NCBI GenBank assembly: GCA_037142675.1
Contig: JBAXAF010000005.1
Span: forward strand, 1 to 57,758
Direction: 5' to 3'
Origin: Candidatus Berkelbacteria bacterium
GTDB lineage: Bacteria > Patescibacteriota > UBA1384 > XYA2-FULL-43-10 > CAINNR01
DNA: 57,758 bases
Position 1 is the stretch's first letter. Every line of letters starts with the position of its first letter. Below the pieces are notes generated by a model. The model made no database searches, had not been told where the DNA came from, and saw nothing but the letters and a program-made list of their open reading frames with translations. Position numbers and translations under genes: made by a program. Below are positions 28,641 to 38,777 of the stretch, one piece after another.

Positions 28641-29892
28641 TAATTTCCTTAAACGACAGCCACTTGTGCAGCGCCTCTGGAATTTTTATGCTGCCATTTT
28701 TTTGCTGCCCGTTTTCCATGATAGCAATAAGCATCCGTCCAATGGCAATAGCTGTTCCGTTTAATGTGTGAAGTGGGGCGACCTTTCCGTCTTTGTCACG
28801 AAAACGAATATTTAGGCGGCGAGCTTGAAAATCTGTGCAGTTTGAGCAAGAATGAGTTTCGCGGTATTGATCTTGCCCTGGCATCCAAGTTTCTACGTCA
28901 TATTTCTTGACGGCAGGTGAGCCAAGATCGCCGGCACAAATATCGATAATTTGGTAAGGAAGTCCAAGACCAGAAACAATTTTTTCTTCCAGTGACACTA
29001 AGTATTCATGTTCTTTTTCTGATTTGTCTGGAGTTGTGAACGAAAACATTTCAACTTTATCAAATTGATGCGCTCGCAAAATTCCTCGAACATCTTTGCC
29101 GTGGCTGCCAGCTTCGCGGCGGAAACAACTTGAAAACCCAGCATATCGCAGTGGTAGCAATTTTTCATCAATAATTTCTCCGGTATGATACCCGGCCAAT
29201 GGTTGCTCTGAAGTACCTGCCAAGAAAAGATCGTCCTGAGTTTTATAAATTTCGTCTTCACCTGCTGGCAAATATCCAGCGCCAGTCATTGCTTCGCGAT
29301 TGAGTAGCACTGGTACGATCATTGGCACAAACTTTTCTGCTGTTAGAATTTCCAGCGCATATTGAACTAAGGCAAATTCCAACTGCACTAATTCGTTTTT
29401 CAGGAAATAGAAACGCGATCCAGAGATTTTTCCAGCTCGTTCAATATCTATCAGGTCTAGTTTTTCACCAAGTTCAACGTGGTCCAGTGGCTTAAAAGCG
29501 AATTTTGGTATCTCTCCGACTGTGCGATTAACTTTATTTTCCTTATCTGACGCGCCATCAATAACATCTGCAAGCGGCGGATTTGGAATTCGCAGCATAA
29601 TTTCGGCAAATTCGGCTTGTGCTTTATCAGCTTCTGGTTTTAATGCTTTAACTTTGGCCGAAGAATTTGAAGCTTGATTTATAGCATCAATTTTTTGCTG
29701 ACCATGCAAATTGGCAATGTCTTTTGATGATTTGTTTAGTTCACTTTGCGCCCGTTCTAATTCAACTAAAACTCGGCGGCGATTTCGGTCAATTAAAACT
29801 ACTTCATCGATCAATGCCGGATCAGCACCCTTTCTGGCAATAGCTTTTTTTACAACCTCTGGTTCTTTTCGGATAATTTCTATATCTAACAT
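28627..29892 (-). CDS. serS: seryl-tRNA synthetase
   Basis: N-terminal coiled coil, class II motifs FRREAGS and NGTAIAIGRML, and TSEQPL. Confidence 0.95.
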   Translation of the reverse strand: MLDIEIIRKEPEVVKKAIARKGADPALIDEVVLIDRNRRRVLVELERAQSELNKSSKDIANLHGQQKIDAINQASNSSAKVKALKPEADKAQAEFAEIMLRIPNPPLADVIDGASDKENKVNRTVGEIPKFAFKPLDHVELGEKLDLIDIERAGKISGSRFYFLKNELVQLEFALVQYALEILTAEKFVPMIVPVLLNREAMTGAGYLPAGEDEIYKTQDDLFLAGTSEQPLAGYHTGEIIDEKLLPLRYAGFSSCFRREAGSHGKDVRGILRAHQFDKVEMFSFTTPDKSEKEHEYLVSLEEKIVSGLGLPYQIIDICAGDLGSPAVKKYDVETWMPGQDQYRETHSCSNCTDFQARRLNIRFRDKDGKVAPLHTLNGTAIAIGRMLIAIMENGQQKNGSIKIPEALHKWLSFKEIKRKS

Positions 29893-29899
29893 GTGACTC

Positions 29900-30035
29900 C
29901 TTATTTCAAAGCTCTAAATTCTAATATCTAAACTCTAAACAATATCAAAATTCAAATGTTCCAATGTTTAAAAATTTTGGGAATTTGATCATTTGGATTT
30001 GTCTAGGATTTAGAATTTAATGTTTAGGATTTTCT
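29900..30035. repeat. palindromic intergenic repeat, family 1, copy c
   Basis: Same arms as copy a. The right arm overlaps the last codons and the stop of lysS. Confidence 0.85.
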
Positions 30036-31393
30036 TTTTCTGGACGCATGTACGGAAAAAGCAGTATTTCTCGCAACGTTTTTGACCCGGTGAGTAGCAT
30101 TACCATCCTGTCGATTCCCATACCCCAGCCAGCAGTTGGCGGCATACCGTACTCGAGTGATTTGATGAAATCTTCATCGTAAGGATGTTTCTCGCCATCT
30201 TCTTTTCTCTCAACCTGTTCTTCGAATCGTTTTTTCTGGTCAACCGGATCGTTTAGCTCTGAGAATGCGTTGGCTACTTCCAAGCCACCTAAAATCAGCT
30301 GGAAGCGTTCAACGGTACCCACGTCCTTTCTTTTCGCTAGTGGTGAAATCTCAATTGGGTGATCAATGGCAAATGTAGGGGCAATTGTTTTACGAACAGC
30401 CGCCTTGAAAGCTTCGTCAGTGTTCGCTCCACCGGTCATTTCGTCGAAAGTAATTCGTGGAAACTTCTTACTAAAATCTACTTTTTCACCTGCAATTTCA
30501 ATATCAAGTCTGCCAAAAACTTCTTTGACTAAATTACGCATCAGCTCTTCGGTAAATTCCATCAACTTTTCATAGTCGGTATAAGCCCAATAGAATTCCA
30601 GGTTGGTGAACTCTGGATTGTGAGTTGCATCTACCCCTTCATTTCGGAAACAGCGGGCAAATTCAAAAACCTTTTCAAATCCCCCGACAATAAGTCGTTT
30701 GAGATAAAGCTCGGGGGCGATTCGCATAAAAACATCTCGGTCATAAGCGTTGTAATGAGTAATAAATGGTTTAGCCACTGCGCCACCTGCAATTGGCTGC
30801 AGCGTCGGTGTGTCTACTTCTATAAAACCATTCAAAACTAAGAACTGCCTGATAGATGCAATAATTTTTGACCGTTTGTAAAATAAATCTTTAACTTTTG
30901 GGTTAACAATTAGGTCAACATAGCGCTGGCGATAACGGGTTTCAAGATCAGTAAGCCCGTGCCACTTTTCAGGTAACGGTCGCAGCGCCTTGGTTAGTAA
31001 TTTGAATGACGAAATCTCCAGCGTGTATTCGCCAGCTTTGGTAATGAATAATTTTCCGGCGGCTTGAATGAAATCTCCAATATCCAAAAGTTCCAGCAGT
31101 TTGAAATCTTCTGGCAGATTATCAGATTTAAACAAAAGCTGAAGTTTGCCGCTCTCATCAACTAAATCGCCAAACATAATTGCGCCATGTCCGCGAAGTG
31201 CCGTAATTCGGCCGGCCAATTTTAATACTTCAGCGCCGGCAACAAATTCGTCTTTAGCCGCTAAAACTTTCTCAACTATATAATTACGATCAGATTTGGC
31301 TGGGTAGCAATCAACACCAAACTCTTCGAGCTTCGCCCGCTTGTCTTTGCGTGATTTAATTAGATCTTCTTCAGTTTTTCCAAGTTCTGCCAT
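30017..31393 (-). CDS. lysS: lysyl-tRNA synthetase (class II)
   Basis: FRNEGVDATHNPEFTNLEFYWAY, GWGMGIDRMVMLLT, N-terminal OB anticodon-binding domain. Confidence 0.95.
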   Translation of the reverse strand: MAELGKTEEDLIKSRKDKRAKLEEFGVDCYPAKSDRNYIVEKVLAAKDEFVAGAEVLKLAGRITALRGHGAIMFGDLVDESGKLQLLFKSDNLPEDFKLLELLDIGDFIQAAGKLFITKAGEYTLEISSFKLLTKALRPLPEKWHGLTDLETRYRQRYVDLIVNPKVKDLFYKRSKIIASIRQFLVLNGFIEVDTPTLQPIAGGAVAKPFITHYNAYDRDVFMRIAPELYLKRLIVGGFEKVFEFARCFRNEGVDATHNPEFTNLEFYWAYTDYEKLMEFTEELMRNLVKEVFGRLDIEIAGEKVDFSKKFPRITFDEMTGGANTDEAFKAAVRKTIAPTFAIDHPIEISPLAKRKDVGTVERFQLILGGLEVANAFSELNDPVDQKKRFEEQVERKEDGEKHPYDEDFIKSLEYGMPPTAGWGMGIDRMVMLLTGSKTLREILLFPYMRPEKENPKH

Positions 31394-31559
31394 AATTTGC
31401 TCCGCAAATTCATAATAATGATGGTATCACACTGATCATTTGCACAGATTCGACACAGATCTTTTTCATCTGTGATTCATGTGTGTTAGATATATGTGTG
31501 CTTTCTTCAATTGATCTCCTTATTTGATACTAGCAAAAAACTCACGAGAATTAAAGTTA

Positions 31560-31568
31560 TGATATAAT
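31560..31568 (+). promoter_or_regulatory. extended -10 element of cassette 5, unit 1
   Basis: TGa-TATAAT. There is no good -35 (ACTCAC at the 17-nt position). Confidence 0.45.
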
Positions 31569-31588
31569 TTCATCAACGAGGTGATCAT

Positions 31589-31780
31589 ATGACTAACGAT
31601 CTGGATAACATTCAGTCACGCGTCCGAGAAAATGGTCCGGACTTCATAACTCGCCACCTACGAGCAATTAGGCCACCTGACCTACGATCGCCTGCGCAGA
31701 TTGCACTGGAGACCGAATACCTCTACGGCCTTGCGTGGATGCAAGGCAAACCAGATTGCATGTTCGCCGTTTCTGACTGA
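31589..31780 (+). CDS. hypothetical small protein, cassette 5 gene A (63 aa)
   Basis: GAGGTGA SD 4 nt before the ATG. GC-rich codons. No family recognised. Confidence 0.45.
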   Translation: MTNDLDNIQSRVRENGPDFITRHLRAIRPPDLRSPAQIALETEYLYGLAWMQGKPDCMFAVSD

Positions 31781-31809
31781 CCGCCCAGCCCATCGCTGGC
31801 GGTTTTTTT
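31781..31809 (+). terminator. terminator of cassette 5, unit 1
   Basis: CCGCCCAGC-CCATC-GCTGGCGG followed by T7, starting right after the TGA stop. Confidence 0.65.
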
Positions 31810-31810
31810 A

Positions 31811-31839
31811 TTGAAAATACCGCAATAATTTGATAGAAT
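31811..31839 (+). promoter_or_regulatory. promoter of cassette 5, unit 2
   Basis: TTGAAA 31811-31816, 17-nt spacer, TGa-TAGAAT extended -10 ending at 31839. Confidence 0.6.
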
Positions 31840-31860
31840 TTCTGGCAGAGGTGATTAGCT

Positions 31861-32124
31861 TTGCGAAACTTACTATCTCGACTAATTGATCTATTTCGTC
31901 GCAAACCAAAACGGAAGCTTTCCGGACTCGAAGAGTTAGCGGAAATTCAGAAGCGAACACTTGAAGAATTCAAACGCATCTCTGACGGCAGAACAGTGTG
32001 GGACGAGCCAATGGACCGTCGTCGTTGTTCCGAACTGGGATATGACTACATCCCGTCTGCTGGTGCCAGCGAAACAGGGGTCCTTTCCGGCCACCGCCGT
32101 CATCGTCGTCCGCCGCCCAGCTAG
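31861..32124 (+). CDS. hypothetical small basic protein, cassette 5 gene B (87 aa)
   Basis: GAGGTGA SD 6 nt before TTG 31861. The leader GTGATTAGCT is shared with cassette 2. No family recognised. Confidence 0.45.
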   Translation: MRNLLSRLIDLFRRKPKRKLSGLEELAEIQKRTLEEFKRISDGRTVWDEPMDRRRCSELGYDYIPSAGASETGVLSGHRRHRRPPPS

Positions 32125-32142
32125 CCGCTGGCGGTTTTTTTT
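32113..32142 (+). terminator. terminator of cassette 5, unit 2
   Basis: CCGCCCAGC-TAGCC-GCTGGCGG followed by T8. The arms are identical to 31781-31802, and the T-run overlaps the dinB stop codon (32141-32143). Confidence 0.65.
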
Positions 32143-33370
32143 AATGCCGAATGTCGTACCTTGGTCTTCCGAAGGGGATTCTGTCTGGTGCGGAATCACG
32201 TGCGGCGAACACTGATGCCGGGTGAATGAAGCCAACACCAAAATCATCATCAATTTTATCCATGGCCTCAGAAATTTTTCGTGATTTTTCAATTTCCGGC
32301 AGAATTGATATTTGCGTGATACGAGATGATGTTAAATTAAAAGCCGAAACGGAAACATAACTTGGGCTGCAGTACCAACTACAATCTTTCAACATTTCAA
32401 AAACGTTTGACGTAAAACTATGGGTGTCAGAAAAAGGGGAGACACGCCTCCCTTTTTTGAAGCCTGGGCCGTTGTAAAAAGAAATTGCCACAAAAATTCC
32501 ACCGGCTAAAAAGCCGTCAGCCCGCAACCGAGAAGCGGCTTTATATATTAATTTTCTAAGAACTGATTTCGCACCAGCAGGTGATCGGTGATCCGGAGCC
32601 AAAACGTGTGAATGACCGATGGTTTTGGTCGATGTCGTATAATCATCAACTTCATAACCTCGCAAACGGTAGTGCCAAAGCCGGCCACCGTGGTTCAAGA
32701 CTGTCCGCAACTTCGGCAAATCCGACTGAAAAAATTCGAGGGGAGAGCTGATTCCCGATTTTACCAAACGGAACTCAAGTGCATGATTTATTCCGGTAAT
32801 ATCGAGCAATTTTATGCTACTGTAAAACTCTTCCAAATTTTTAAGTTGAACTATTATTAAGCCATCGGGCTTTTTGCGCTCCCCCGCCATTTTAGCCAAA
32901 AATCGGTTCGGCCCAATACCAACCGAACAAGTCAGAAAATCGCCAACTTCCGAGAGAATTTTCTCCTTTATCGCCTGTCCCAACCTGGTTGCCGCCGCTA
33001 AATTTTGTTCGTAGCTTGCTAAATTGATAACAAATTCATCAATTGAAAGAACTTGGTAATGCGGAGTAAAACTTTCGATAACTTTGCGTATTTCTTTATG
33101 ATAAATCATATAAAGTGCCGGCCGTGATTCGATAATTTTAATGTCACGGTAAAGTCTCCTCGCCTCTTTGACTAGACAGCCGGTTTTAATGCCCAAGTTC
33201 TTCGCTTCTCTAGACGCAGCAATAATGCAACCAGTGCCGCCGACATATGGCGCGATACCAACAGGGAGACCACGCAAAGTCGGCTGAACTTGCTGCTCAA
33301 CCGACGCAAAAAAAGAGTTCATGTCTAAAAATAATGTCTGAAAATCTTTTGGTTTGTCGACAATGCTCAT
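32141..33370 (-). CDS. dinB: Y-family DNA polymerase IV
   Basis: LFLDMNSFFASVEQ (catalytic Asp), SIDEFVI, little-finger region, 409 aa. Confidence 0.9.
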   Translation of the reverse strand: MSIVDKPKDFQTLFLDMNSFFASVEQQVQPTLRGLPVGIAPYVGGTGCIIAASREAKNLGIKTGCLVKEARRLYRDIKIIESRPALYMIYHKEIRKVIESFTPHYQVLSIDEFVINLASYEQNLAAATRLGQAIKEKILSEVGDFLTCSVGIGPNRFLAKMAGERKKPDGLIIVQLKNLEEFYSSIKLLDITGINHALEFRLVKSGISSPLEFFQSDLPKLRTVLNHGGRLWHYRLRGYEVDDYTTSTKTIGHSHVLAPDHRSPAGAKSVLRKLIYKAASRLRADGFLAGGIFVAISFYNGPGFKKGRRVSPFSDTHSFTSNVFEMLKDCSWYCSPSYVSVSAFNLTSSRITQISILPEIEKSRKISEAMDKIDDDFGVGFIHPASVFAARDSAPDRIPFGRPRYDIRH

Positions 33371-33543
33371 GATAAAAAAATTAAGAAATCAGAATTAAGA
33401 ATGACGAATAAATTATTAAATGATCAAATTCCTAAATCTTTTTTTCATTATGATTTTGTCATTTGTTCGTCATTAGTCATTCGGACTTCGCCATTGATTG
33501 CATTAATATTATAGAACAAAAACCGAACAAATTACAATTCAAC

Positions 33544-33577
33544 AAAAAATCTGCCCTATTTCTCAGGCAGATTTTTT
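33544..33577 (-). terminator. bidirectional intrinsic terminator downstream of greA
   Basis: AAAAAATCTGCC (33544-33555) pairs with GGCAGATTTTTT (33566-33577). Confidence 0.7.
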
Positions 33578-33622
33578 ATTCCTAGTACTTTATGAACTTT
33601 ACAAACTTTTTAACTTTATAAA

Positions 33623-34081
33623 CTAACTTATTTTCTTGATTTCGAATTTCATTTCCCCTGCTGGGGTTTCAACCTCAACCTTATCCCCAACCTTGTGACC
33701 CATGATTGCTTTAGCAATTGGTGAGGAAACAGAAACTTTGCCGGCGGCTGGGTCGGCTTCGGTGGCGCCAACAATTTCATAATTTTCGTTGCCGTCAGAT
33801 GACCTCAAAACAACTTTACAGCCAATTTCAACAACGCCACAGCCAGTGGATTTGTCTGCCATTCGGCCATGAGAAAGTTTATATTCAATTTCGGCAATTC
33901 TGCCGGCAATAAAAGCTTGTCGGTCCCTTGCTTGATGATAATCAGCGTTTTCTGAAAGGTCCCCTAATTCCCGAGCAGATTTAATCGCCTCGGCGACATC
34001 TTTCAGGTCCTCATTTTTTAATTTTTCCAGTTCTGCTTCAAGTTTCTCCCGGCCCTGCGTTGTCAAAATAATTTCTTCCAT
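33623..34081 (-). CDS. greA: transcription elongation factor GreA
   Basis: GDLSENADYHQARDRQAFI coiled-coil tip and a C-terminal FKBP-like domain. Confidence 0.95.
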   Translation of the reverse strand: MEEIILTTQGREKLEAELEKLKNEDLKDVAEAIKSARELGDLSENADYHQARDRQAFIAGRIAEIEYKLSHGRMADKSTGCGVVEIGCKVVLRSSDGNENYEIVGATEADPAAGKVSVSSPIAKAIMGHKVGDKVEVETPAGEMKFEIKKIS

Positions 34082-34198
34082 AATTTTCCTCTTTTGTGAG
34101 CATATTTGCTATCTACTCTAAACAAAAATCCCCCATCGGGAACCTTATTAATAATACTTCATTATACTATGTGATCGGCCAATTTTTGTCAATAGATA

Positions 34199-36160
34199 TT
34201 AGTGCGGTTGAGAAAAATAATACTGCAAAACACCGTAAGCGACTGGTCCCGAAGCAGTAAAACCATCACCGCCGCCTTCAACCATAACCATGATTGCTAT
34301 CTGAGGATTATCGTACGGCGCATACGCCTCAAACCAAGCGTGCTCTTTTTGGTTATTCATAAACTGAGCAGTACCAGTTTTTGCCGCAGAAGTTACCGGC
34401 AAGCCCTGCAAAAGACGACCTGATCCTGCTGATGACGTTACAGCTTGGCGCATGCCAGCCTGAACGGCCGAAAGGCTGGCGGACGAAACCATATCTTGTC
34501 TCTGAATCACAGGAGAAAAAGTTTGGACTACGTTGCCATTGGAGTCTGCAATATTCTTAACCAACTGCGGCGTTAAAAGTTTTCCACCATTAGCAATTGC
34601 TGACATTGCATTCAACATCTGAAGCGGCGTGACCAATAAATCTCCTTGGCCAATTCCCAAATGATAGGTATCACCAATATACCAATTTTGGCCAATCGCT
34701 TTTTGTCGCCAAGCTGGCGATGGAACCAATCCAGAGGCTTCCGACGACAAGTCAATCCCAGTTTTAGACCCAAAACCAAAAGACGACAAATATTTTCCAA
34801 TTCGATCGACTCCCAAGCCTTTAATTCTGTCATAGCCACCAGCCAAAGCGTAAAAGAAAATGTCGTTCGACTCAGCGATCGCCCGCGCAACATCAGTCAC
34901 ACCGGTATGATATTTCCAGTCCGGAAATTTATACTCGCCGATAGTGATTTCCGGCGGAGTCTCGATTGACGTATTGGCGGTAATTAACCCCTCGTTTAAT
35001 CCAGCCGCTGCCATGACGATCTTAATGACGGAACCAGGGGGATAAACACCCATAGTCGAGCGATTCAAAAGCGGAAGTGTTGGATCATTGAGTAATTTTT
35101 GATACTCCGTATTGTCCAATTTTCCCTCAAAAATATTGTTGTCGTACGATGGCAATGAAACCATTCCCAAAATTGCACCTGTTTGAGGATTCATGGCGAT
35201 TACAGTGCCAGAAGTAGAACCCGTGCCCGAGTTAGCAATTCCCTTAGCAAGTTCTGATGTCATAACCTGCTGCAAATTGTAGTCAATATTCAAAGTCAGA
35301 TTATTCCCCATAACCGGTTGTTGGGCGCCTGAGTCGGCTACGGTCCGCAGAACCTTGCCATGCGAATCAACCTCAACCCGCTCAACACCAGGGACTCCTC
35401 GAAGATAGCTTTGGTAAATTTTTTCCAGCCCAGTTTTGCCGGTATACTCATTCCTTAAATAGTCAGTGCTGGCTAAAAGTTCATCACCAGAAATCAATCC
35501 AGTGTAACCCAGAATATGGGCCAAGCCAGAATCACTTTTGTATTCACGAACAGATTGGGCAGAAACCGTTACCCCAGACATACCAGCAGTACTCTCCTGC
35601 AAAATTAAAGACTGATCACGCGGCAAATCAGCTTGAATAATTGTTAATTGAATAGATGATAGGCCGGCCGCATCAACTTTTCTCCGAATTTCATCAACTG
35701 ATATTCCAGATATTGTTGACAACTTTTGATACTCCGCCTCTCTATCTGAAGTCTTTTTTGGCAGATCCGACGGGTAAACCCCAAGAACAAAACTCGGCTC
35801 GTTCCTGGCCAACCAAGTTCCCTTAGAGTCAGTTATAATCCCCCGACTGGGAAGAATACTTCTTGGGCGAACACTATTACCCTCAGCCAAACTTTGATTT
35901 TTTGATGCATTTATTACCTGAAGAAAAAATAGCCTTGACGCTAAAAGCAAAAAAACGATGATCAGAATTATTTTAGGGAAAGACGCCGAACCTTTTTCCC
36001 TTTTTTCTTCAATTTTTGATTGACCCTCGAGCACAGGGTCAGAATATTGAAAATCAGAGTCACTAACGACTTGAGCTCTGCGCTTTTTTTTGTCCCCAGA
36101 TAAATTAGAGAAATTGCCGAAAACGTCCATAATTCTGACTAATAAAAAGGTTGATAACAA
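34199..36160 (-). CDS. mrdA: penicillin-binding protein 2 (elongasome transpeptidase)
   Basis: SxxK (GSVIKIV), SxD (ESNDIF), KTGTAQ. It follows mreD. The start is either TTG 36160 or ATG 36130. Confidence 0.9.
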   Translation of the reverse strand: MLSTFLLVRIMDVFGNFSNLSGDKKKRRAQVVSDSDFQYSDPVLEGQSKIEEKREKGSASFPKIILIIVFLLLASRLFFLQVINASKNQSLAEGNSVRPRSILPSRGIITDSKGTWLARNEPSFVLGVYPSDLPKKTSDREAEYQKLSTISGISVDEIRRKVDAAGLSSIQLTIIQADLPRDQSLILQESTAGMSGVTVSAQSVREYKSDSGLAHILGYTGLISGDELLASTDYLRNEYTGKTGLEKIYQSYLRGVPGVERVEVDSHGKVLRTVADSGAQQPVMGNNLTLNIDYNLQQVMTSELAKGIANSGTGSTSGTVIAMNPQTGAILGMVSLPSYDNNIFEGKLDNTEYQKLLNDPTLPLLNRSTMGVYPPGSVIKIVMAAAGLNEGLITANTSIETPPEITIGEYKFPDWKYHTGVTDVARAIAESNDIFFYALAGGYDRIKGLGVDRIGKYLSSFGFGSKTGIDLSSEASGLVPSPAWRQKAIGQNWYIGDTYHLGIGQGDLLVTPLQMLNAMSAIANGGKLLTPQLVKNIADSNGNVVQTFSPVIQRQDMVSSASLSAVQAGMRQAVTSSAGSGRLLQGLPVTSAAKTGTAQFMNNQKEHAWFEAYAPYDNPQIAIMVMVEGGGDGFTASGPVAYGVLQYYFSQPH

Positions 36161-36176
36161 ATGATCCTACCCCAAA

Positions 36177-36683
36177 TTATAAATATGAAATCCTAACTTT
36201 CTCCCTGGAAATTTGGGGATTGAAAAAATAATATATTTTGTTACAAAAATAATACAATATGCCGCCGGCTAAGGCGCCGATGAGAGATGAAAATAGTATC
36301 GGCACTAGCGTAGAAAAAGAAAAAATATTAACTTCCAACATTTTTACTAGACCAGCGAAAACACAAGCCAGGAAAAATAAAAAAATGGAAAAAATAACTG
36401 AAGGCCTAGAAATTATTCTCCGACTTGATAGTAACACATAGACTAGCATGACAACGAAATTCGGTAAGATAATATAGATTAAATGGATACCGGAAAGAAC
36501 CGATATAACTATCGATGCAACAAGCAAAAAAATTCCAGCATTACTCACGGAACTATAGAAGAGATAAATTAAAACGACAATTAAAATTAAATCTACCAAA
36601 CCGCCAAAAACTGTCAGTGACGGAATAATAGTTGATTGCAAAACAGCAGCAATAACCGCCAAAATTATTGTCAGTACCCACAT
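36177..36683 (-). CDS. mreD: rod-shape protein MreD (polytopic membrane protein)
   Basis: Five hydrophobic helices. Called by its position between mreC and mrdA. Confidence 0.7.
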   Translation of the reverse strand: MWVLTIILAVIAAVLQSTIIPSLTVFGGLVDLILIVVLIYLFYSSVSNAGIFLLVASIVISVLSGIHLIYIILPNFVVMLVYVLLSSRRIISRPSVIFSIFLFFLACVFAGLVKMLEVNIFSFSTLVPILFSSLIGALAGGILYYFCNKIYYFFNPQISREKVRISYL

Positions 36684-37475
36684 TTAAACTCCAGACACAA
36701 CAAAAAGGTATTCTATCTTGGAAAAATCGACCGGCGAAGCAACCTCTACTGTCTTAAAAATATCAGACTTAACTGAGACTTCGCTTCCAGTGGTGCCGAC
36801 ATAAATACCTTTTGGCAATTTACCACCAAGTCCCGAGGTAATAACATTCTCAGATGGAGCAATGATTGTGTCCAGAGGGATACTTCCGAGTTTCATGCCG
36901 GAAATTCCACCCGACAAGACTCCGGTTGTTCGCGAATTTTGCAGCATGACTTGCACGATAGAATCTTTGCTGGTAATTAACATCACTCGAGAAGAGTCAT
37001 CTGAAACAAAATCAATTTTACCAACCAGAGCACCAAGAGAAACCACTGCTTGCCCCGGCAAGACACCGTCCCGAGAGCCTTTATCAATCATTAGCGTACC
37101 AAAATAATTGCTTGGATCAAGCCCTATTACGTCGGCCAAAACCATGGTCATTTCTGGATGCGCATTTTTATAGTCAAGTTGAGATTTTAAGCTCTTATTT
37201 TCGGCTGAAATTTCAGTTAGCTTCGCGCCATCAACCTTTAATTGAACCAAATCATTTGCCAATTGTTGATTGTCTCTTCGTAGACTTCCAATTTCAAAGA
37301 TCATCGAGAAAAAATCGCGGGTGCTATAACCAAAATTAACCAGCGGCTTGGAGATTGGGCGCGATACTTTTCGAATAAAGCCAGCCGAATAGCGACTCAC
37401 TGGCGACGGAACAACAAAAAAAGCAACCAAGATAATAATTACGATAAACCAAGTTAAAAGACCACGTTTTTTCAT
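36684..37475 (-). CDS. mreC: rod-shape protein MreC
   Basis: N-terminal anchor, a coiled coil (LRRDNQQLANDLVQLK) and C-terminal beta-barrel domains. Confidence 0.85.
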   Translation of the reverse strand: MKKRGLLTWFIVIIILVAFFVVPSPVSRYSAGFIRKVSRPISKPLVNFGYSTRDFFSMIFEIGSLRRDNQQLANDLVQLKVDGAKLTEISAENKSLKSQLDYKNAHPEMTMVLADVIGLDPSNYFGTLMIDKGSRDGVLPGQAVVSLGALVGKIDFVSDDSSRVMLITSKDSIVQVMLQNSRTTGVLSGGISGMKLGSIPLDTIIAPSENVITSGLGGKLPKGIYVGTTGSEVSVKSDIFKTVEVASPVDFSKIEYLFVVSGV

Positions 37476-37628
37476 AAAACTCTAAATTCTAATATCTAAA
37501 CTCTAAACAATTTTCAAAATTTCCACGCAGGACCTAACCGGCAAATGTTCGAATGTTTTAAAATTTTGGATTTTAGTCATTTGGATTTATTTAGGATTTA
37601 AAATTTAGTGCTTAGAATTTTTTTTAGT
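37476..37628. repeat. palindromic intergenic repeat, family 1, copy d (with central GC-rich insert)
   Basis: Same arms as copy a. The centre carries an extra CCACGCAGGACCTAACCGGC. Confidence 0.85.
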
Positions 37629-38681
37629 TTACCGTTTGAACCTATTCGGAACCAAAACTTCCGATAACAAATCAATATCTTCCAGCACAATTCCTGTTCC
37701 ACGAACAACACAGGTCAGTGGATCATCGGCAATATGAACAATCGTTTTAGTCTCAATTGAAATTAATTTGTCCAGCCCTCGTAAAAGCGCTCCGCCGCCA
37801 GCCAGAATAACCCCTCTGTCCATAATATCGGCCAGTAGTTCCGGCGGTGACTCCTCCATAGTAACTTTTATAGCCTCGATAATTGCGTTAACTGATTTTG
37901 AAATCGCCTGACAAATTTGCTCATTGGAGATTATGATCTCTTTCGGCAATCCGCTTACCAAATCGCGTCCGCGCATGGGGGCCTCAATTTTTTCTTTTAG
38001 CGGCATAGCTGACCCGACGGCAATTTTAATATCCTCGGCCGTTCGCTCACCCAAAAGCAGATTAAATTCTTCCCTGGCATATTCAATAATGTCAGCATTC
38101 ATTTCATCGCCAGCAATTCTAAGTGACCTAGACGAAACAATGCCTCCAAGTGAAATAATCGCTACCTCCGTCGTGCCACCACCAATATCAACGATCATAT
38201 TGCCCGACGGATCCTGAACCGGCAGTCTGGCACCGATAGCGGCGGCAATTGGCTCCTCAATTAAGTAGATCTCTCTAGCGCCAGCGTTTATTGCCCCTTC
38301 CTCCACCGCCCGCTTTTCAACTTCAGTAACACCGTATGGAATGCCGATTACAACTCGAGGGTGAGGAAAAAGGGAAAACTTCTCTCGGTGGACCTTCTCA
38401 AAAAAATATTTCAACATTTGTTCGGTGACTTCGAAATCAGAGATTACGCCGTCAACAAGCGGGCGAACAGCAACAATATGAGCCGGGGTTCGACCAACCA
38501 TCCTTTTTGCCTCTTCCCCGATAGCCAGAATTTCTTTGGTTTTTTTGTTGATTGCAACAACAGATGGCTCAGAGATAACAATTCCCTTACCTTTTACATA
38601 AACCAAAGTATTGGCAGTGCCAAGATCAATGCCAATGTCATGTGACAGGCGATCAAATATAAATGAAAGTGGGTTTCTCAT
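37629..38681 (-). CDS. mreB: actin-like rod-shape protein MreB
   Basis: DLGTANTLVY, DIGGGTTEVA, ILAGGGALL. Confidence 0.95.
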   Translation of the reverse strand: MRNPLSFIFDRLSHDIGIDLGTANTLVYVKGKGIVISEPSVVAINKKTKEILAIGEEAKRMVGRTPAHIVAVRPLVDGVISDFEVTEQMLKYFFEKVHREKFSLFPHPRVVIGIPYGVTEVEKRAVEEGAINAGAREIYLIEEPIAAAIGARLPVQDPSGNMIVDIGGGTTEVAIISLGGIVSSRSLRIAGDEMNADIIEYAREEFNLLLGERTAEDIKIAVGSAMPLKEKIEAPMRGRDLVSGLPKEIIISNEQICQAISKSVNAIIEAIKVTMEESPPELLADIMDRGVILAGGGALLRGLDKLISIETKTIVHIADDPLTCVVRGTGIVLEDIDLLSEVLVPNRFKR

Positions 38682-38777
38682 AAAATGTAATTAAATGACT
38701 GACAAAAAATCGGAGACCTCCCTCCCCGTTTAACTATCAGCATAATCGATCAAGCAAAAAAAATCAAATTACTCAAC

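Noticed and set aside
33500-33540. Possible SOS (LexA/Cheo-type) box upstream of dinB: GAACAAAAACCGAAC.
   Set aside because: The two GAAC half-sites are direct repeats rather than inverted ones, and the spacing does not match GAAC-N4-GTTC.
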